NCBI GenBank assembly: GCA_045628045.1
Contig: JAZQOV010000003.1
Coordinates: forward strand, 1 to 64,000
Origin: Bacilli bacterium
Lineage (GTDB): Bacteria; Bacillota_I; Bacilli_A; RFN20; CAG-826
Direction: 5' to 3'
Length of the DNA: 64,000 nt
Shown: positions 29,696 to 39,392 of the stretch, piece by piece
Layout of the letters: every line of letters starts with the position of its first letter
How positions within the stretch are numbered: position 1 is the stretch's first letter
Program-made: the position numbers and the translations under genes
The notes under the pieces: model-generated
Seen by the model: only the letters and a program-made list of their open reading frames with translations
What the model was told of the DNA's origin: nothing
Database searches by the model: none

Positions 29696-30286
29696 TTATG
29701 CGTAGAATGCTACTGAAGCGATTCTTGTTTGATGCCAACATTCAACTGTGAATGATGTTGATGCTGAATCTAATGTAACAAGAGCTTGGCATGAGCTGTT
29801 ATCGAATTCATTTGTAGCACCTTCTAATTCTTCGTAGTCGAAGTAGTAAGTTTTTCCATTACTAACATAGTTAGAATACTTAATTAAAAGCTTTGAGAAT
29901 GCTGAGCTGCCACTAAATGTAAGATTCATATGAGCATAAACTCTGAATTCATATGTTTGGCTTGCTGTAACTGCTTCTGCAACTGTTTGTGCACAAGTGT
30001 TTTGTTCAACAGTAACGGTATAACCGTTCTTTGAGAAGACACCTTCTGAAGTCATGTCTTGGCATTTGCTCATTGTGATTGTTGCAACTGGAGTTCCGCT
30101 GACGTTGATTCCGCCACCGCCGCCACCGGTAGTGTCTCCTCCTCCGCCGCCGTTTCCGCCGTTGCCATTTCCAGAACCATTTCCGGATTGATTTGTGTTA
30201 TCCTTTTTGGCCCATGGAGCTGTAAATTCACAAGCTGCAAGTGATAAGCCTGCTAATAATGGTAATAAGATTAAACTTTTTTTCAT
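29696..30286 (-). CDS. Hypothetical lipoprotein with a Gly/Asn-rich linker
   Basis: AAGGAG SD before ATG 30286; MKKSLILLPLLAGLSLAAC lipobox; GNGSGNGNGGNGGGGG linker. Confidence 0.78.
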   Translation of the reverse strand: MKKSLILLPLLAGLSLAACEFTAPWAKKDNTNQSGNGSGNGNGGNGGGGGDTTGGGGGGINVSGTPVATITMSKCQDMTSEGVFSKNGYTVTVEQNTCAQTVAEAVTASQTYEFRVYAHMNLTFSGSSAFSKLLIKYSNYVSNGKTYYFDYEELEGATNEFDNSSCQALVTLDSASTSFTVECWHQTRIASVAFYA

Positions 30287-30393
30287 TATTTTCTCCTTTC
30301 CTATTACTTTAGTAACAGAAATGGAATCGTACGTTTTCCATTTCATTACGATAATATTATACCACCTTTTCTATTTCTATAAAATTAAGAAAT

Positions 30394-30422
30394 AAAAAAG
30401 TTCGGTTTTTGCCCGAACTTTT
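30394..30422 (-). terminator. Terminator after the 931-aa lipoprotein gene
   Basis: AAAAGTTCGG..CCGAACTTTT plus T tract. Confidence 0.8.
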
Positions 30423-30429
30423 CTAATAT

Positions 30430-33225
30430 TTAATTTAATTTATAAATTACTATGTTTGCTTTATCAGTTGTATAAAGCTTAATTAAATCACTTGTTCCAC
30501 CAAGGTAATAAGTAAATACTCCTTTTGATACATCATTACTATCAAATCCTTCAGCTGTAATCTTAACTGTAGCTATACCACTACTGTTAATATCAATGGT
30601 AAATTCCTTGTTAGGAATATTTGCAGAACATGATGGACTTCCGCCTTTAGTTAGTCCTAAATAACCACGTTTAGCAGGATCTTCATAATTTGTTCTAATT
30701 GTGAAAGTTCCATTTCCAGTAGGAGCGATTTCAAAATAGTCATTCTCAAATAAAATATTTAAGTTTAATGTATTTCCGAAAGTTGTAATTTCTTGGCCGC
30801 AACCTGTTCCACTTAAAAGATCAGCATTTTTCGTGCTTCCTTTGAGAACCAAATAACTTTCTGGACAAGTGATGTAATATTTGCCCTCTGCAGTAATTTG
30901 TGAAATATTTGTCACTTTTGTTAATTCAATATGTTTTTCTTGAACACTTGTAATATTGATTTGAATAGTTTTTTCGTGGAACACACCTATTATATAGGTC
31001 GATGCAGGAAGAAGAGTCTTTTGAGGTTCTTTTAAATATGTCGAACCATCAAACCATTCGATGAATTTTGTAATTTCATATGATTCACTACTAGCTGAGT
31101 CAATAAGATTAATTGTTAAACCTGTTGGATCAAATGTTTCACCCTCAGTATAAGTAAGTTTACTTGGAACTGTTGAGCCTGCTGAAATTGTATATTCTTT
31201 ATGCGAAACTTCAGCATACCTAACAAGGATTGAAACAATACCAGTTCTACCATTAATTGGTGTTCCTGTTCCGGATAATCCTGGTTCAAAATGTGCACAG
31301 TTTGTATATTGTGGGAAATCATTATAAATGATTTTATGTGATTCTGCTTGAGCTAATTCGGTTTCACTTGTAAGAATATCTCCACCGTAAACAGAAGCAA
31401 ATAAGCGGTAATTATTTTCTCTTTTTGAAACATTAGCAAATTCGACATTAAGTTTTTCAATTGTGTAATTTTTGTTAGTAACAACAACATCGAAATTTGA
31501 TAATGTTGAAGGAAGTTCGAGGTTATCAGCTAATCTATTTCCTTTTTGAACTCTATCAAAATCAATTCTACATTTGCTTTCTTGAGTTGGTTTAAATGAA
31601 ATTTGTTGATATTCGCTAGTAATACCAGAATCTTTTCTAACACTTTCCTTTCTAAAGTCAATTCTATCAAAGATAGCATCTTTAACTGAAAGTGTATTTG
31701 CAGGAACTGTGAATGTGGTTCCAACAGTAACGCTTCTTACGCCATCTGCATCTGGAACAAAGTGGCCAATAATGGTCATTGTATAACCTGCTACCATTTG
31801 AGTTTCAGCAACTAATGGGTCACCATCGCCTGCATAAACAAATGTAAAGGTATCGCAAAGTTCAAATGGCATTGTCAAAATGTCTTCTGGTTCTGTTGAA
31901 TAAATAACATTTATTTTTAATCCAGAATAATCAACTTCATCGCCAGCGGTTAAATTTTGTTTTGCGACTGTTCCAACAACTTTAATTGCTTCTGGTGTCC
32001 AGGCATCATCACGAATATGAATTTTATAAGAACATTTAAATGGTTCTTCATAACCTTTCACTTTAAGTGAAATTACTACGTCTTTAGCTTCATGACTTGC
32101 AAGATCTAATGAAGGATAATTGAATGTTAAATTTTGATTTTTTTGTTCTTCTTCAATGTTAACTGGGAAGGTTGTTCCTCTAGTTGTAACTTTTTGAAGT
32201 TTGATTCCTTCTTCTGAGAAAATTGAGCCTTTTGTATAATCAACAATGTGTTTTGAATCTGGCGCAATTTCAATTCTTTCTATCTTTTCAACTTGATATA
32301 AAATCATTATTGATTTTAAGTAGACTGCACCTGGTTTTTTATAACTTGGATCATCTTCGCGGCTAGAATCGTATTCTGGTGTTTCAAAATCAATAGAAAT
32401 TTTGCCAGCTGCAGAACAAGATGGTGATTCAAGTGTTCCAATGACATCATAATCATCTTTTTCAACAGTAACGTTATTAAATACAGTAAGATCACCAACT
32501 TTTACAGTCATTTTTGCAAGTGAATTCGCAGATGCTGCTTCAATAATAATTTTACTAACTAAACGGTCATTTTCTGTTTCTAAATGAACGTGTGTTTCTG
32601 GAGCAGATCCTTTACCAAATCCAATTGCACCCATGCTTGTTTGTAAGGAAGAAGCTATGCTTCTTGAATAAGACCAATCCTTGCCGTTCAATTTGGCGAC
32701 ACCATCAGTAGTGCCTTCTTTTGGGCCTTGAGAGTTGTAGCCGAATTGGGCTCTGTCAGAAGATGCATATTGCCAAAGATAAGCATTTTCTTCATCAAAA
32801 TCGATAACTTTAATAGTAAATGTTTTCTCTAAATCGTAATTGAAAACATTAGTTGCTGTAACTTTAACGTTTCCTTCCTTAACACCAAGAATTGTTGCTT
32901 TTCTTGAATCTTTTGAATCAACTGTTAATGTTGCATATGACTCGCCTTCTACCTTCCAAGAAAATTCTTTTTCACTATCAATTGTTGGGCTTGGTGATAA
33001 AGTCATTTTTAATTCTTTGGTTTCACCAACCTTTAGATAGAATGGGGCGTTTGGCTCAGCACTTGTTGATGTAGCATGTTGAGTAATTGGATCTGGATTA
33101 ACATCATCAATTATAGTTTGATGGTCAACATGAACTTGTTCTTTCTTGTTGAAAAAAGATATTTCACAAGAACAAAGCATAAATATTGTAGGAATAAAGG
33201 TTAGGAATTTCTTCTTCATACGCAA
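30430..33225 (-). CDS. Large surface lipoprotein with bacterial Ig-like repeats
   Basis: Lipobox MLCSC; Big_2-like LKVGET..FSW..ILGVKEGNVKVTA; Big_3-like KLTYTEGETFDPTGL, DYTKGSIFSEEGI and NLTAGDEVDYSGL. Confidence 0.75.
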   Translation of the reverse strand: MRMKKKFLTFIPTIFMLCSCEISFFNKKEQVHVDHQTIIDDVNPDPITQHATSTSAEPNAPFYLKVGETKELKMTLSPSPTIDSEKEFSWKVEGESYATLTVDSKDSRKATILGVKEGNVKVTATNVFNYDLEKTFTIKVIDFDEENAYLWQYASSDRAQFGYNSQGPKEGTTDGVAKLNGKDWSYSRSIASSLQTSMGAIGFGKGSAPETHVHLETENDRLVSKIIIEAASANSLAKMTVKVGDLTVFNNVTVEKDDYDVIGTLESPSCSAAGKISIDFETPEYDSSREDDPSYKKPGAVYLKSIMILYQVEKIERIEIAPDSKHIVDYTKGSIFSEEGIKLQKVTTRGTTFPVNIEEEQKNQNLTFNYPSLDLASHEAKDVVISLKVKGYEEPFKCSYKIHIRDDAWTPEAIKVVGTVAKQNLTAGDEVDYSGLKINVIYSTEPEDILTMPFELCDTFTFVYAGDGDPLVAETQMVAGYTMTIIGHFVPDADGVRSVTVGTTFTVPANTLSVKDAIFDRIDFRKESVRKDSGITSEYQQISFKPTQESKCRIDFDRVQKGNRLADNLELPSTLSNFDVVVTNKNYTIEKLNVEFANVSKRENNYRLFASVYGGDILTSETELAQAESHKIIYNDFPQYTNCAHFEPGLSGTGTPINGRTGIVSILVRYAEVSHKEYTISAGSTVPSKLTYTEGETFDPTGLTINLIDSASSESYEITKFIEWFDGSTYLKEPQKTLLPASTYIIGVFHEKTIQINITSVQEKHIELTKVTNISQITAEGKYYITCPESYLVLKGSTKNADLLSGTGCGQEITTFGNTLNLNILFENDYFEIAPTGNGTFTIRTNYEDPAKRGYLGLTKGGSPSCSANIPNKEFTIDINSSGIATVKITAEGFDSNDVSKGVFTYYLGGTSDLIKLYTTDKANIVIYKLN

Positions 33226-33255
33226 CTCCTTATAAATTATTTATATTATAGCAAT

Positions 33256-33297
33256 AAAAACGCGCGCATTGTAGCGCATTTAGCGTTTGTGCGTGCA
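33256..33297 (-). terminator. Probable terminator after recJ
   Basis: GC-rich hairpin (GCACGCA..TGCGCGC) followed by GTTTTT on the minus strand. Confidence 0.55.
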
Positions 33298-33311
33298 AAT
33301 ATAAGAATTAA

Positions 33312-34871
33312 TTAATCTTTAGTGATATAATCACTAATTCTAAATTCAATTGAGGTAACGTCTCTAAAGACAGATGTGGTTAAATTGCCAAAAATATCTA
33401 ACTTCAAATGCGATTTGATTTCAGAATCTTTCATGTTAAAACCAAGTATTTTTGAATTAATAGAAATTGGGGTAGAAAGATGTTTTCCTTGGCTAATAAA
33501 TTGAAGTGATTTTGTTGGTAAATCTTTAATTGAAAATAATGGTTCAGGGAAACCCATTCCAAATGGAGAAAATTTGCGTAAAATTTCGTAATTTCTGAAA
33601 TTAATTTCTTGTAAATCTAGCTCAATAGATGGGAGCTCTTCATTAATAAATTTATGATCTTTACATAGAGCTATAAAATCAGTTTTAAAATTCTCAAAAT
33701 CACATGCTTTTATTGTAAGACCGCCGGCCAAAGCGTGTCCTCCACCAGCGACCAAATATTTTTCTAAAGATTCAAAAGCTTTTTGAACATTAAATCCTTC
33801 TTTTGATCTAATGCTTCCTTTTAGGAAGTTTTTGTCATTTGAGTCTTCTGTGAAAATAATTGCTGGAACATTATATTCGTTTAAAAGCCTATTCGCGATA
33901 AGTCCAATAAGTCCTTCTTTGATGTCTAATTTTAAGACTATTCCATCTTCAAAAAGTTGGTCTTTCGGAAGAGCTTCAACAGCCTCTTTTGTAAGGGTTT
34001 TTCTGAGTTCATTTGTATTCTTTATCCATGAAGAAATCTTGAAAATTTCATCAGGATTCTCGCTAACCATAAATTTAACTAACAAATTGATATTTTTATC
34101 TTCGACTAATCTTCCGATTGCATTAATTTTAGGCGCAATTTCAAGACCAAAAGTTTTTTCAGTAATAATCGGTGAATCAACAAGTGACATAAGGGCAGAA
34201 TATTTATTATTCTTTAAGTTTTCTAAAGCAAGTTTAACGACAACACGATTAAATTTCTGAAGTTCCATCATGTCAGAAATAGTGCTTAGTCCTGCAAGAG
34301 TAACTAAATAAGGATCATAACCATCAAGTAATGCAGCAGAAACAAGTAAAGACATAAATCCACCACAGCCATATATATCTGAAAATTCAGATATAATTGG
34401 ATGAATAATTCCCTTTGCGTTGACTTGAACTTCTGGGGCTTCATGATGGTCGATTACAAGAACATCTATGCCAAGTTCATTAGCTTTATCAATGGCCTCA
34501 TTTTGGCAAATGCCATTATCAACAGTGATTATTAATTTAAATCCTGCCTTGCTAATCTTTTCTACATTTGCGACATTTAATCCATAGCCATCTGTATAGC
34601 GAATAGGCAAATAATAACTAACAGGATAATTTAATTTTTCAAATGTTTTGACCATGATTGATGTCGAACAAACTCCATCACAATCATAATCACCATAAAC
34701 AATTATTTTTTCATTATTTTTGATAGCCTCAAAAATTCTATTTTTAACATTATCCATTCCTTTTATGTGAGAAAAATCAGGAAGATCTTTTTCACTAACT
34801 TCTTCAGTAAGTTTCAAATAATCTTCGCTTGTTAAATTATAATAATTAAGAAGCTTATCAATGAATTCCAT
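33312..34871 (-). CDS. recJ: Single-stranded DNA exonuclease RecJ (DHH family)
   Basis: GDYDCDG, TVDNG, DHH, PKINAIGR, GSIRS and GGHALAGG motifs. Confidence 0.93.
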   Translation of the reverse strand: MEFIDKLLNYYNLTSEDYLKLTEEVSEKDLPDFSHIKGMDNVKNRIFEAIKNNEKIIVYGDYDCDGVCSTSIMVKTFEKLNYPVSYYLPIRYTDGYGLNVANVEKISKAGFKLIITVDNGICQNEAIDKANELGIDVLVIDHHEAPEVQVNAKGIIHPIISEFSDIYGCGGFMSLLVSAALLDGYDPYLVTLAGLSTISDMMELQKFNRVVVKLALENLKNNKYSALMSLVDSPIITEKTFGLEIAPKINAIGRLVEDKNINLLVKFMVSENPDEIFKISSWIKNTNELRKTLTKEAVEALPKDQLFEDGIVLKLDIKEGLIGLIANRLLNEYNVPAIIFTEDSNDKNFLKGSIRSKEGFNVQKAFESLEKYLVAGGGHALAGGLTIKACDFENFKTDFIALCKDHKFINEELPSIELDLQEINFRNYEILRKFSPFGMGFPEPLFSIKDLPTKSLQFISQGKHLSTPISINSKILGFNMKDSEIKSHLKLDIFGNLTTSVFRDVTSIEFRISDYITKD

Positions 34872-34872
34872 A

Positions 34873-34899
34873 AAAAGAAAAAGGGCTAAAAGCCCTTTT
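34873..34899 (-). terminator. Terminator after secDF
   Basis: AAAAGGGC-TTTTA-GCCCTTTT plus T tract. Confidence 0.75.
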
Positions 34900-34900
34900 A

Positions 34901-37594
34901 TTAATCGTTAATACCAATGAAGATCGTTTCTTCAGGTTCGCTTGTTTTCTTAACAACTTTTTCTGCTCTTCTCTTTTCAAAGAATTTAATCTTTGGAAGG
35001 TGGATCTTGCCAAATGCTTTGCCGAATGCATTTGATAAAGGACCAAGAATGCAAAGAACTGCAGCAACTGAGATAACTTCGCCAATAAGTGCAGAAGCAA
35101 ATAATAACACTGAGTTCTCAATACCGAATCCAAAGTAGTTAATGACAACATAAATGCTTGCTAACATAAACACAAACATTGGAGCTGCTGATCTTGAAAG
35201 AGCCTTAACCATAATTTCCTTACGGGAATTATCATCAAGATTTTGATGAGCTTCGCTAAGCATTGCTTTTTCAGTAGAAAGATAGAATAACGAAGCGAGC
35301 ATTGAGGTAATTGCAACAAGTGGCATTGCAACAGAAGTTAATGCTGTTGTACCAATGAAATGTAATCCAACCATTGCGCCATATGCAATCATTGTTGAAC
35401 CAGCGCTTGTAATAAGGAATGCAATTGCTCTTGATGGTCTAAATCTAAATGCAATATAGAGTGCAGCACCAGCAATTGCAATGCCTGTTGCTAATGCAAC
35501 AAATCCTTGGTTTGGAGTGTAAATCATTTCTTTTGAACTTCTAATAGAAACTGAGTTATTTTCGTTATAGCCAAGATTATCAGTAATGTTTTGCAACATT
35601 GTTGCTTCTAAGTCTTCGGCTGAGAAGTTTTCTGGAATTTCAAAATTTTGAATTGAAATGAAATAAGATGTAATTGTCTTTGATTCAGTTTCATCATATT
35701 GGAAGACAGAAACTTCTTTAAGTTCGAAATCTTCTCCGATGGTTGTTTTTTCTTCAAGACCTGTATCTTTTAAGGCATATTTAATAAATGTGCCTTCATC
35801 ATTAATTAAACGATCATTTGAATCAACTGTTGAAACATCAAGATTTACATAACAAACATTTGTTTCTCTTACGGCATCTTCAACATTTAATGGGGATTTG
35901 CTTGGGCTTGTTACTCCAAAGTAAATAATGCATACAAGTGCGCCAATGCCTAAGATTCCAAAGATAGAACCGAAAAGTTTTCTTCTCTTTGTGAAATCAA
36001 CTTTATCATAAGGTCCTTCGTAAGTTACCTTTTCATCAGTAGACATTAAGTTTGAAACTTTAGCCTTATCAACATTAAATGCACCGTATTTATCTTGTAA
36101 ATTCGTTGAATTTGTAAGTAAATACATAAGGAACTTGAACACCAAGAGATTCATTAATAATGCGAATACTGCACCAAAGAATAAGACAACACCCATTGGT
36201 TTAAGTGCTGTATCGCCTAATGCATAAAGCATTAAACCAGAGAATGCCATAATTACGCTAGCATCAACTGTAAGTAAGTTTGCTTTCTTACTTGCTTCTT
36301 GATTTGATTTCTTAACAGAACGTCCTTTGTAAATTTCTTCTTTTAAACGATTTGTGTAAATAATCTGTCCAAATAATGATCCACCTGCTAGAGCAATTAA
36401 ACCAATAAGAGCTGGAATATTAAATAAGACTTGGATCTGATTTAAAACAAGGAATGTAATAAATAATGTTCCTAAAGTTGTTGAGACCATTGCGAGTGCG
36501 CTTAATCTATAGAAAACAACTAATAATAATGCAACAATGGCAATAGCAATCATTGATGCAATAAATGTTTTTGATTTATAATCAATAATCTTGTTTGTGC
36601 TTAAACCAACTAACTTTTCTGCTGATGGTGTTAAGACTCTAGCATTTTCGAAATAATCAATGGAACTTTGACCTGATGTGCCTGCTGAAACAGTTGCAGT
36701 TGGGCATGTAACTTCAAATGAATATTTCTTTGCCTTGAGCATGTTAACTAAATAGTTAGCTCTATCATTTTGGTCTCTAAGACCGCTTGTATCTAATTCA
36801 TTTGGATTGTCTGGTTTAACAGAAGCACACATGTAAATTAATTCTGTTTCTTTTTCTTTAGAATCAGGATTCCAAAGTGAATCGCCATCGCCGCTGAATG
36901 CTAATAAAATCTTTTCACGAGCAACTGGATCACTTTCAAGAGTTTTAATGCTCTCTCCACGGGTTTCATCAAGGTTTGCCCAAAGATAAATATAATTGCT
37001 TGGTGTCGAGGCTTCTTCTTCGCCTTCTGCTTTAGCAGCAGGCATTTTTGACTTAGTTGTTCCGCTTGATGAACCGGAACTGAATTCAGATAAAAGTGCC
37101 TTTACGTCAGCAATACCATCTTTTGTTAATGGAATATAAATGGTTGGAATCTTAGCTTGTCCTTTAGCTTCAACTCTAACATCATTTGGTTCAAATAATT
37201 TATGTTCATTTTTAATAGAGGAATTAGATTCAGAAGATGAGACTAAAGCAAAGCTTTCGCCTGAAAATGTTAAATATTTAGCAACGTAATTAAATTCTGA
37301 TTGTTTTAAGTTCATTGAAACAGCGACTTTGTCGTTGCCTTGAACTTTGATTGAGTAATCATCAACCTTATATTGTTTTAAACGATAAGTCATTTCATCA
37401 GCAATGATTTGAGCTCTATTTTCGTTATCGGCATTTGAATCGCCTTCACCAACATTAAAAACAATCTCACGATAATTTCTACCATAAGTAAATTCACGAC
37501 CTGTATTTAAGTTGGTCAATACTGGGGTTGCAGAAACTACAATAGCAAGAAGCATTGTAATTGATGCAATAATGTAACCTATTAATCTGCGCAT
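34901..37594 (-). CDS. secDF: Fused protein translocase subunit SecDF (highly divergent)
   Basis: 12-TM layout with two large extracytoplasmic loops; YRL..A, RLKEE..G.S, DAS, VDFTKRRK and YIAFRF landmarks; secDF-recJ-rel synteny. Confidence 0.78.
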   Translation of the reverse strand: MRRLIGYIIASITMLLAIVVSATPVLTNLNTGREFTYGRNYREIVFNVGEGDSNADNENRAQIIADEMTYRLKQYKVDDYSIKVQGNDKVAVSMNLKQSEFNYVAKYLTFSGESFALVSSSESNSSIKNEHKLFEPNDVRVEAKGQAKIPTIYIPLTKDGIADVKALLSEFSSGSSSGTTKSKMPAAKAEGEEEASTPSNYIYLWANLDETRGESIKTLESDPVAREKILLAFSGDGDSLWNPDSKEKETELIYMCASVKPDNPNELDTSGLRDQNDRANYLVNMLKAKKYSFEVTCPTATVSAGTSGQSSIDYFENARVLTPSAEKLVGLSTNKIIDYKSKTFIASMIAIAIVALLLVVFYRLSALAMVSTTLGTLFITFLVLNQIQVLFNIPALIGLIALAGGSLFGQIIYTNRLKEEIYKGRSVKKSNQEASKKANLLTVDASVIMAFSGLMLYALGDTALKPMGVVLFFGAVFALLMNLLVFKFLMYLLTNSTNLQDKYGAFNVDKAKVSNLMSTDEKVTYEGPYDKVDFTKRRKLFGSIFGILGIGALVCIIYFGVTSPSKSPLNVEDAVRETNVCYVNLDVSTVDSNDRLINDEGTFIKYALKDTGLEEKTTIGEDFELKEVSVFQYDETESKTITSYFISIQNFEIPENFSAEDLEATMLQNITDNLGYNENNSVSIRSSKEMIYTPNQGFVALATGIAIAGAALYIAFRFRPSRAIAFLITSAGSTMIAYGAMVGLHFIGTTALTSVAMPLVAITSMLASLFYLSTEKAMLSEAHQNLDDNSRKEIMVKALSRSAAPMFVFMLASIYVVINYFGFGIENSVLLFASALIGEVISVAAVLCILGPLSNAFGKAFGKIHLPKIKFFEKRRAEKVVKKTSEPEETIFIGIND

Positions 37595-37752
37595 AATCTT
37601 AATTCCTTTATGTAATAATATAGTTTTTCTAACGCGTAGATTTTACTACTTATTACTTTATAAGTAAAGAAATGAATTTCTATACATGTATTTTTTATTT
37701 GAAAAAATATAGAAAAAGTGTAGTTTCTATCGATATATTTTCTAAAAATTAA

Positions 37753-38745
37753 TCAAAGATTAAGAGAAGATAAATGTTCAATTCCTTTTGTGGTTAGCAC
37801 TCTGCCTTTAGCTGTTTTATCAATAAAACCTAGCATAAGAAGGAAGGGTTCGCACACCTCCTCTAAATTAGTAGAAACTTCTCCGATAGCATAAGCAATT
37901 GTATTCAATCCGACTGGTCCACCACTAAATCTATCTCTTAATGTTTTTAAATACATTATATCAACATCATCTAAACCCATATTATCAATGCCAAGAGCAT
38001 TTAATGCTCTTTTAGTATCAGAATAAGAAATAATGTTGGAATCTCTGAAGTTAGCAAAATCTCTAACGCGCTTAAAAATTCTATTCGCAATTCTTGGCGT
38101 TCCTCTTGATCTTATAGCGATTTCTTTTACTGATTTATTATCAATTGTCGTATTAAAGAAATTAGCGGTTCTTTTTACAACTTCAACAAGTTCTTCTACT
38201 TTGTAATAGTCAATTTTTAAAGAAATACCAAATCTCGCTCTTAAAGGAGATGATAAATCGCCCGACCTAGTAGTAGCACCAACTAAAGTAAAAGGTGGTA
38301 AATTAACGCTTAAAGAAGATGAACTTGTTTCTTTTGAAACAACAATATTAAGTTTATAATCTTCCATTGCACTATAAAGAACCTCTTCAACTATTCTTGG
38401 CATTCGATGAATTTCATCTATAAAAAGAATATCGCCTGGTTCTAAAGATGAAAGAATCGAAGCTAAATCACCAGGTCTTTCCAAAGATGGACCGCTAACA
38501 AGCTTAATATTTCCTTTCATCTCATTAGCAATAATATAAGCTAAGGTTGTTTTCCCAAGACCAGGAGGACCAAATAATAAAACATGATCCAAAACTTCTT
38601 CTCTAGAACGTGCTGCACCAATAAAAACTCTAAGATTCGACTTTAATATTTCTTGTCCTACATATTCATCCAACAGAGTTGGTCGTAAAGATTTTTCAAA
38701 GTTAATTTCGTTTTCAGAAATATTACAATCAGATATTTTTGACAT
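37753..38745 (-). CDS. ruvB: Holliday junction branch migration helicase RuvB
   Basis: LRP, GPPGLGKTT, FIDEIHR, GATTR and RGTPRIANR motifs. Confidence 0.97.
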   Translation of the reverse strand: MSKISDCNISENEINFEKSLRPTLLDEYVGQEILKSNLRVFIGAARSREEVLDHVLLFGPPGLGKTTLAYIIANEMKGNIKLVSGPSLERPGDLASILSSLEPGDILFIDEIHRMPRIVEEVLYSAMEDYKLNIVVSKETSSSSLSVNLPPFTLVGATTRSGDLSSPLRARFGISLKIDYYKVEELVEVVKRTANFFNTTIDNKSVKEIAIRSRGTPRIANRIFKRVRDFANFRDSNIISYSDTKRALNALGIDNMGLDDVDIMYLKTLRDRFSGGPVGLNTIAYAIGEVSTNLEEVCEPFLLMLGFIDKTAKGRVLTTKGIEHLSSLNL

Positions 38746-39295
38746 TTTGAAGTCTCCTTAAAGCTTCTCTTAAAATATCTTCTTTTGACATGGTTTCAGA
38801 ATAAATAAGAGGAAGGATTTTATCTATTTCCTTAACTTTAAACTTAAGTCTTTTCAAAGCATCGCGAACTTCACTATATAAATCACTATGCTCACGAATT
38901 TGTTTTCGTAAATAATCTTTTAAGTCAATTACTATTTGCATAGCAATTCTTGGAGAAATTCCAGAAGTAGTTTCGATTAAATGGGCATTATTTTCTGAAA
39001 TTGCGTTAAGAAGTTGGCCATAAGTCATCTTCGACAAAATTGTAATTGCGCCTTTTGGACCTAACCCATTTACGCGAATCAAATATTTAAAAGCTTCTTT
39101 TTCGTTTTTGTCATTAAATCCAACCAAAAACTCATTATCTTCTCTTTTATGATGATATAAATCTAAACTAACTTCTTCATTTAAAGAATAAGATTTGGGC
39201 TTAGACACAAAAACTTCGAAACCTAAACCACAAGTTTCAACGACGATTGAATTCTTTTCGATTCGTGTAATTTTGCCTTTAATTGTACATAGCAT
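38729..39295 (-). CDS. ruvA: Holliday junction branch migration protein RuvA
   Basis: RED..LVGF, VNGLGPKGA HhH motif; upstream of ruvB. Confidence 0.92.
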   Translation of the reverse strand: MLCTIKGKITRIEKNSIVVETCGLGFEVFVSKPKSYSLNEEVSLDLYHHKREDNEFLVGFNDKNEKEAFKYLIRVNGLGPKGAITILSKMTYGQLLNAISENNAHLIETTSGISPRIAMQIVIDLKDYLRKQIREHSDLYSEVRDALKRLKFKVKEIDKILPLIYSETMSKEDILREALRRLQNVKNI

Positions 39296-39363
39296 AAAAG
39301 CACCTTTCCCGACAAAAGTCGAAGGTGTTTTTACTATTGTTTTTTATCTAAAATTATTATACA

Positions 39364-39391
39364 AAAAAACTTCCATAAATGGAAGTCTTTT
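39364..39391 (-). terminator. Terminator after nadE
   Basis: ACTTCCAT..ATGGAAGT plus T tract. Confidence 0.7.
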
Positions 39392-39392
39392 C

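Noticed and set aside
30105-30190. GC-rich (CCG)n-like repeats
   Set aside because: They encode the Gly-rich linker of a lipoprotein; not a CRISPR or contingency repeat.
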